In this document: piece by piece, positions 59,592-64,000 of the stretch | How positions within the stretch are numbered: position 1 is the first letter of the stretch | Layout: every line of letters begins with the position of its first letter | DNA from: Promethearchaeota archaeon | GTDB taxonomy: Archaea; Asgardarchaeota; Lokiarchaeia; Sigyniarchaeales; SOKP01 | Assembly (NCBI GenBank): GCA_048941285.1 | Contig: JBHLNS010000002.1 | Coordinates: forward strand, 64,001 to 128,000 | DNA length: 64,000 nucleotides | Direction of reading: 5' to 3' | Notes under the pieces: generated by a model | Told to the model about the DNA's origin: nothing | The model's database searches: none | What the model saw: the letters and a program-made list of their open reading frames with translations, nothing else | Made by a program: the position numbers and the translations under genes

Positions 59592-60830
59592 TTAATGGGT
59601 GTGGCTTTTACCATTCTCATCGAAAATGTATTTAACACCTTTTTTGAGGGGGGATATCTTCCTCAATCTTTCAATTATAGTTGGTAACTTTGTCAAAAAA
59701 TAATCGATATCATGTTCTGTAGTAAACCTTCCTAAAGTAACTCTTAAAGAACCATGAGCCTCTTCAGGCTTTAATCCGATCGCTAAAAGTACATGGCTAG
59801 GATCCAGCGATTTGGATGAACAAGCTGAACCAGTTGATGTAGCAATTCCTTCTGCATCCAAATCCAATACAATGGATTCTCCTTCTATATACCTAAAACC
59901 TAAATTCACATTATTGGGAAGTCTTTGTGTAGGATGCCCGTTTAAGTAACTATCCTCAATATTTTCTGTTACCCATTTAATTATCCTATCTCTTAGTTTT
60001 ATTTGTCTCAAAATTTCTTTCTCCATTTCATCTTTAGCTAATTCTACGGCTTTAGCAAAACCTGCAATCCCTGGAACATTTACTGTGCTTGGCCTCATAT
60101 CCCTTTCATGACCCCCACCATACATAATAGGTTCAATAAATTTACCCCAACCTTCTTTTACTCCTTTATTTCGAATGTACAGCATACCTACACCTTTCGG
60201 TCCATAAAGCTTATGAGCAGAGGCAGATAACAGATCAATATTCATCTCTTTTACATCTATTGGAACTTTTCCAAAAGCTTGTACTGCATCTGTGTGAAAA
60301 ATAACCCCATACTTTTTTGTAATCTCCCCAATTTCTTTTATTGGTTGAATAGTACCAATCTCATTATTAGCAAACATGACACTTATTAGAATAGTTTTTT
60401 TTGTAATTGCATTTTCTAAGTCGTTAATGCTAATAACACCATATTTATCAACCGGTAGGAAGGTAACCGTAAACCCTCTTTTTTCTAATTCCTTGAAGGG
60501 ATTTTCTACAGCATGATGTTCAATTACAGTCGTAATAATATGGTTACCCTTCTCTTTGTTTTTTGATGTCACCCCAAAAATTGCTAGGTTATCAGCTTCT
60601 GTACCCGAGGAGGTAAAAAAAATATCATCTCTATTCGCATTAATTAAAGAGGCAATAGTTTCACGCGATTTTAATAATATTTGACCCGCTTTTTGTCCTA
60701 TAGAATGTAAACTGGAGGAATTTCCATAGGTCTCTTTAAAATGCTTATTTACTTCTGCAATCACCTTAGGATCCATTGGAGTAGTCGCAGCGTTATCAAG
60801 GTAAACATATTTTATATCGTTCATAATCAA
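59592..60830 (-). CDS. iscS: cysteine desulfurase IscS/NifS
   Basis: YLDNAATT, HTDAVQ, SAHKLYGPKG, GSACSS. Confidence 0.95.
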   Translation of the reverse strand: MIMNDIKYVYLDNAATTPMDPKVIAEVNKHFKETYGNSSSLHSIGQKAGQILLKSRETIASLINANRDDIFFTSSGTEADNLAIFGVTSKNKEKGNHIITTVIEHHAVENPFKELEKRGFTVTFLPVDKYGVISINDLENAITKKTILISVMFANNEIGTIQPIKEIGEITKKYGVIFHTDAVQAFGKVPIDVKEMNIDLLSASAHKLYGPKGVGMLYIRNKGVKEGWGKFIEPIMYGGGHERDMRPSTVNVPGIAGFAKAVELAKDEMEKEILRQIKLRDRIIKWVTENIEDSYLNGHPTQRLPNNVNLGFRYIEGESIVLDLDAEGIATSTGSACSSKSLDPSHVLLAIGLKPEEAHGSLRVTLGRFTTEHDIDYFLTKLPTIIERLRKISPLKKGVKYIFDENGKSHTH

Positions 60831-60939
60831 TCTAAACCCAATAATTTTGAGACTAATATCATTAAATATTTATTATGCTTAAATTATTAATTCTTCTTAT
60901 TACAAAATATTAATAAAAAACAAATTCAAACTTAGTAAA

Positions 60940-61506
60940 ATGCCGTTTAAATTAATGATTGGAATGACTGGAACAGGATATATGCTTGAAGAATCAATTA
61001 TGTTAATGAAAGAATTACAAGATAATTACGACATCGATATAACTGTAATTTTATCGAAAGAGGGTGCTGCGGTTATTAAATGGTATAAAAAGTGGCTTTC
61101 ATTGACTGAAACTGTGAAAAAAGTAAAAGTAGAAATAACACCTAATATTCCCTTTTATGCTGGGCCATTACAACTAGGGAATTATGATATGTTTTTAGTT
61201 TGTCCTGTTTCTGCTAATTCTGTTGCTAAAATAGTTTATGGAATAGCAGATACAATTATCACTAATTGCATTGCTCAAGCTATCAAAGGAGGCCAAACTG
61301 TCTATATTTTTCCATCTGATCAAGATACTGAGCCTATTGTAACTTCTAGACCAGATGGTTCCCCATTAGTTTTAAAGATACGAGATATAGAACTTGAAAA
61401 TATAAAGAAATTAAGAAATATGGAAGGGATTGTTGTAATATCAGACTTTTCTAAAATAAAACCATTAATCTTGGAAAAGGTTAAAGAAAAGAGCAATAAA
61501 TCCTAA
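60940..61506 (+). CDS. afpA: archaeoflavoprotein AfpA-like
   Basis: GMTGTG, PVSANSVAKIVYGIADT, AQAIKG, FPSDQ. Confidence 0.8.
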   Translation: MPFKLMIGMTGTGYMLEESIMLMKELQDNYDIDITVILSKEGAAVIKWYKKWLSLTETVKKVKVEITPNIPFYAGPLQLGNYDMFLVCPVSANSVAKIVYGIADTIITNCIAQAIKGGQTVYIFPSDQDTEPIVTSRPDGSPLVLKIRDIELENIKKLRNMEGIVVISDFSKIKPLILEKVKEKSNKS

Positions 61507-61513
61507 AATTATT

Positions 61514-61954
61514 TTAAGCTTCAAATTTTACGGGTTTTATTGCACTCTCTGGACAAAGTAACTGGCATTTTAAACATCCTTGACATTTAGCAATTTCCCT
61601 ATATTTGTATCTAATCCCTTCTTCTTCTCTTCCTACTTTCTTCACTATATCTTTATAGAATAAATTTTTAGGACAGAATTTACCATTTTCGTCAAGGCAT
61701 TTTTCACATAGAGAGCATTTCTCATGATCTATTTTAATACTTACAATTTGTTCCGGACTTGTAATTGAAGTTACTTCTATAGAATTTCTCGGACAAACTT
61801 GAACACAATTCAAACAAGCTTTACATTTAACATAATCTACTTTTCTGATTCCGTGTTCAAAATAAATTGCCTTAGCTTTGCAAGCTCTTAAGCATCGCTC
61901 ACATCTTACACACAATTCTTGATCAATTTGAACTGGAATAAATTTTTCTCTAAT
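61514..61954 (-). CDS. polyferredoxin (up to four [4Fe-4S] motifs)
   Basis: CVRCERCLRAC, CKACLNCVQVCP, CSLCEKC..CP, CQGCLKCQLLCP; 5' end extended to ATT at 61954. Confidence 0.85.
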   Translation of the reverse strand: MREKFIPVQIDQELCVRCERCLRACKAKAIYFEHGIRKVDYVKCKACLNCVQVCPRNSIEVTSITSPEQIVSIKIDHEKCSLCEKCLDENGKFCPKNLFYKDIVKKVGREEEGIRYKYREIAKCQGCLKCQLLCPESAIKPVKFEA

Positions 61955-62148
61955 AAAAAATTACCTCAGAGATTCTTTTCAAATAAGTCATATATGTCTA
62001 TTTAATCAAAAACAGTGTATATTTTAAACTTATTTTTTATTAAAAAAAAGGATGGTTATTTTCGATAATAGGTTTTGAAATATTTTCAGAAAAACTATAA
62101 TAAAATATAAGAGAAAAAAGTTGGAACTCATTAAAAGAATTATTTCCC

Positions 62149-62940
62149 TTATTGGAAATAACCAGTATATTCTTTTCCAGTTCCAGGTAATTGTTGCTGT
62201 TGTTGATATTGTTGGGCTTTTTGCGCTAATTCCAACATCTTAGCTTTTATTTCTTTTCCTTGTTCGATAAGAGAGGCAGTATCAATGGTCAAATTATACA
62301 TTTTATTTAATACTTCTAAAATGCTTGCAGCACCCTCTGGAGTAGGAATTTCTAACACGGGAGTAAATAATGCAAAAGCATTGAGTCTATTTGTTAGCGC
62401 TTCATTTAAGACCGTCGCCTCAGGACCAACGATGATTCCTTTCTCAACTTTTTTAATCCCAAATTTTTCAAGTTGTGCCATCATCCCTTCCTCAGCAGCA
62501 TAATAAACTGGATAGTCATCAATGATACCTCTCTGTGGAATTCCTTGAAATATAATGATTTCTTTTGCTTTCACATCTTCAGATAAAGCCCAATTACAAA
62601 TGGTTTTACTTAAATCATTATATGCAGTGGGAATCTGAAATGGAACTTCACAAATACCAACAATCAAATTATTTTTTGGAGAATAAAGTAATCTGAATGG
62701 ATGTTTTAATACACCTTCATAAAACACTGAAATAGGTGGAAGATATTCAGATGTCACAAATCCGATTTCTTTTATATCTGGAAGCTGTTCGATTATTGTG
62801 TTAGCAACAATAGGGCCAATTAGCCCAATTCCGGCAAAACCAAGAACGAATGTTGCACCTGGTTTAATTTCAACACTTACATCCTCAATTATAATGCTAG
62901 ATCTCTTACCCTTTTCACAAATATATTCCTTCTTTACCAT
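62149..62940 (-). CDS. PAC2-family proteasome assembly chaperone
   Basis: GFAGIGLIGPI, PFRLLY, TPEGAA; C-terminus GYFQ; probable start ATG 62940. Confidence 0.85.
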   Translation of the reverse strand: MVKKEYICEKGKRSSIIIEDVSVEIKPGATFVLGFAGIGLIGPIVANTIIEQLPDIKEIGFVTSEYLPPISVFYEGVLKHPFRLLYSPKNNLIVGICEVPFQIPTAYNDLSKTICNWALSEDVKAKEIIIFQGIPQRGIIDDYPVYYAAEEGMMAQLEKFGIKKVEKGIIVGPEATVLNEALTNRLNAFALFTPVLEIPTPEGAASILEVLNKMYNLTIDTASLIEQGKEIKAKMLELAQKAQQYQQQQQLPGTGKEYTGYFQ

Positions 62941-63174
62941 AATTCTCACCAATTATGTAGATTTTTATTTTAAGTATATGTTTTGATTATATTGTAATTT
63001 CTTCTTATGTTATTTATTGAGCTTAAATTATTAAAATTAACTTATTATAAATCATTAAAATGAAATTCATTCTTAGATTTGGATTTTTGATTTACATTTT
63101 TATTTTAGACAAGATTTATAACCTTAAGAAATATACAAAAGAAAATTAAATTGCTCAATATTAGGTGAATTATA

Positions 63175-63972
63175 TTGATTCTAGAAGTGAAAGATTTAAG
63201 TATACCCACAATTGATCAGCAATGTGTAATTCTAAACAAGGTTTCATTTGGCGTAAAAGAAGGGTCAATTCATGCTATTATTGGCCCAAATGGTTCGGGT
63301 AAATCAACATTAGCATATACCATTATGGGATTACAAAATTATAAACCCTCAGAAGGCAGAATATATTTCGATGGAATTGATATAACAAATATTGATATAA
63401 CTGAACGTGCTAAGTTAGGGATAACTTTAGCGTGGCAAGAACCTGCTAGAATAGATGGATTATCTATTCCCAAATATATTTCTCTTGGGGTTAAGGATAA
63501 AAAAAACCTTAAAGAACGAATAACTGAAGCTTTAAAAATCGTAAATCTTGAGCCTGAACGATATATGAATCGAACTATAAATGAGTCTTTGAGTGGAGGA
63601 GAGAGGAAACGTATCGAGTTAGCCGCTGCTATAGCAATGCGACCCAGATTGATTATGTTAGATGAACCTGATTCCGGTTTAGATTTTATAGTAATTGAAG
63701 ATTTTCTAAACATTTTTGGAAAGATTAAGGAATTAAATATGACGATTTTATTGATTACACATAGAGAAGATATTGGAATGGTTGCTGATTATGGAACTCT
63801 CATTTGGAGAGGAGAGGCAATATTAACTGACGAATTTCCTAAGGTTATGTTAAGGTATTGTGCTAAAGCAGGGCTCAAAGATTTCTGTAAAAGAAAATTA
63901 TTTAATGGGGAAGCTGTTTGTTTCGACGAAGATTATATTGATAAAATATTTCGAGAGGAAGAAGGATTGTGA
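63175..63972 (+). CDS. sufC: SufC/SmsC-type ABC ATPase
   Basis: GPNGSGKSTLAYTIMG, ITERAKLGITLAWQEP, LSGGERKRIEL, LDEPDSGLD, C-terminal Cys residues. Confidence 0.85.
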   Translation: MILEVKDLSIPTIDQQCVILNKVSFGVKEGSIHAIIGPNGSGKSTLAYTIMGLQNYKPSEGRIYFDGIDITNIDITERAKLGITLAWQEPARIDGLSIPKYISLGVKDKKNLKERITEALKIVNLEPERYMNRTINESLSGGERKRIELAAAIAMRPRLIMLDEPDSGLDFIVIEDFLNIFGKIKELNMTILLITHREDIGMVADYGTLIWRGEAILTDEFPKVMLRYCAKAGLKDFCKRKLFNGEAVCFDEDYIDKIFREEEGL

Positions 63973-64000
63973 ATGGTATTGAATATCCAAAAGAAATATT
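63973..64000 (+). CDS. 5' fragment of next gene (possibly SufB/D-type)
   Basis: ATG immediately after the sufC stop (MVLNIQKKY), truncated by the window edge; identity inferred only from context. Confidence 0.4.

Noticed and set aside
2101-63713. Numerous short antisense or overlapping ORFs in the track (for example 3516-3848, 18484-18918, 28964-29317, 42697-43011, 63339-63713)
   Set aside because: They lie opposite or inside well-supported genes and have no motifs

Overview
This is a very AT-rich, gene-dense archaeal window. Its content points to an Asgard archaeon, probably Lokiarchaeia/Promethearchaeia (inferred, not searched): Rab-like and MglA-like GTPases, a double Roadblock protein, a longin/uDENN-like protein, eukaryote-type MPN/JAMM proteins, HdrABC/MvhD, AfpA and a PAC2 chaperone. 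I saw no rRNA, tRNA, CRISPR array or transposase. The most notable item is a cluster of three MPN-domain genes with long helical tails (34145-39033). Two have intact JAMM motifs, and one is a catalytically dead paralogue encoded 5 nt after its active partner, as in the eukaryotic Rpn11/Rpn8, CSN5/CSN6 and BRCC36/Abraxas pairs. Around them lie a zinc-ribbon gene, an AAA+/vWA gene and a membrane protein with tandem winged-helix-like repeats. Other items missed by the ORF track: a 45-aa Asp/Glu-Trp repeat peptide (53276-53413) divergent from a methyltransferase-ATP-grasp fusion; a tandem duplication with a mappable junction and a pseudogenised gene fragment (5401-7730); a copper locus with a shared Cys-rich domain and a palindromic candidate operator; two probable non-canonical start codons; and several small ORFs and pseudogenes. 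All family calls come from motif recognition by eye, with no database searches.
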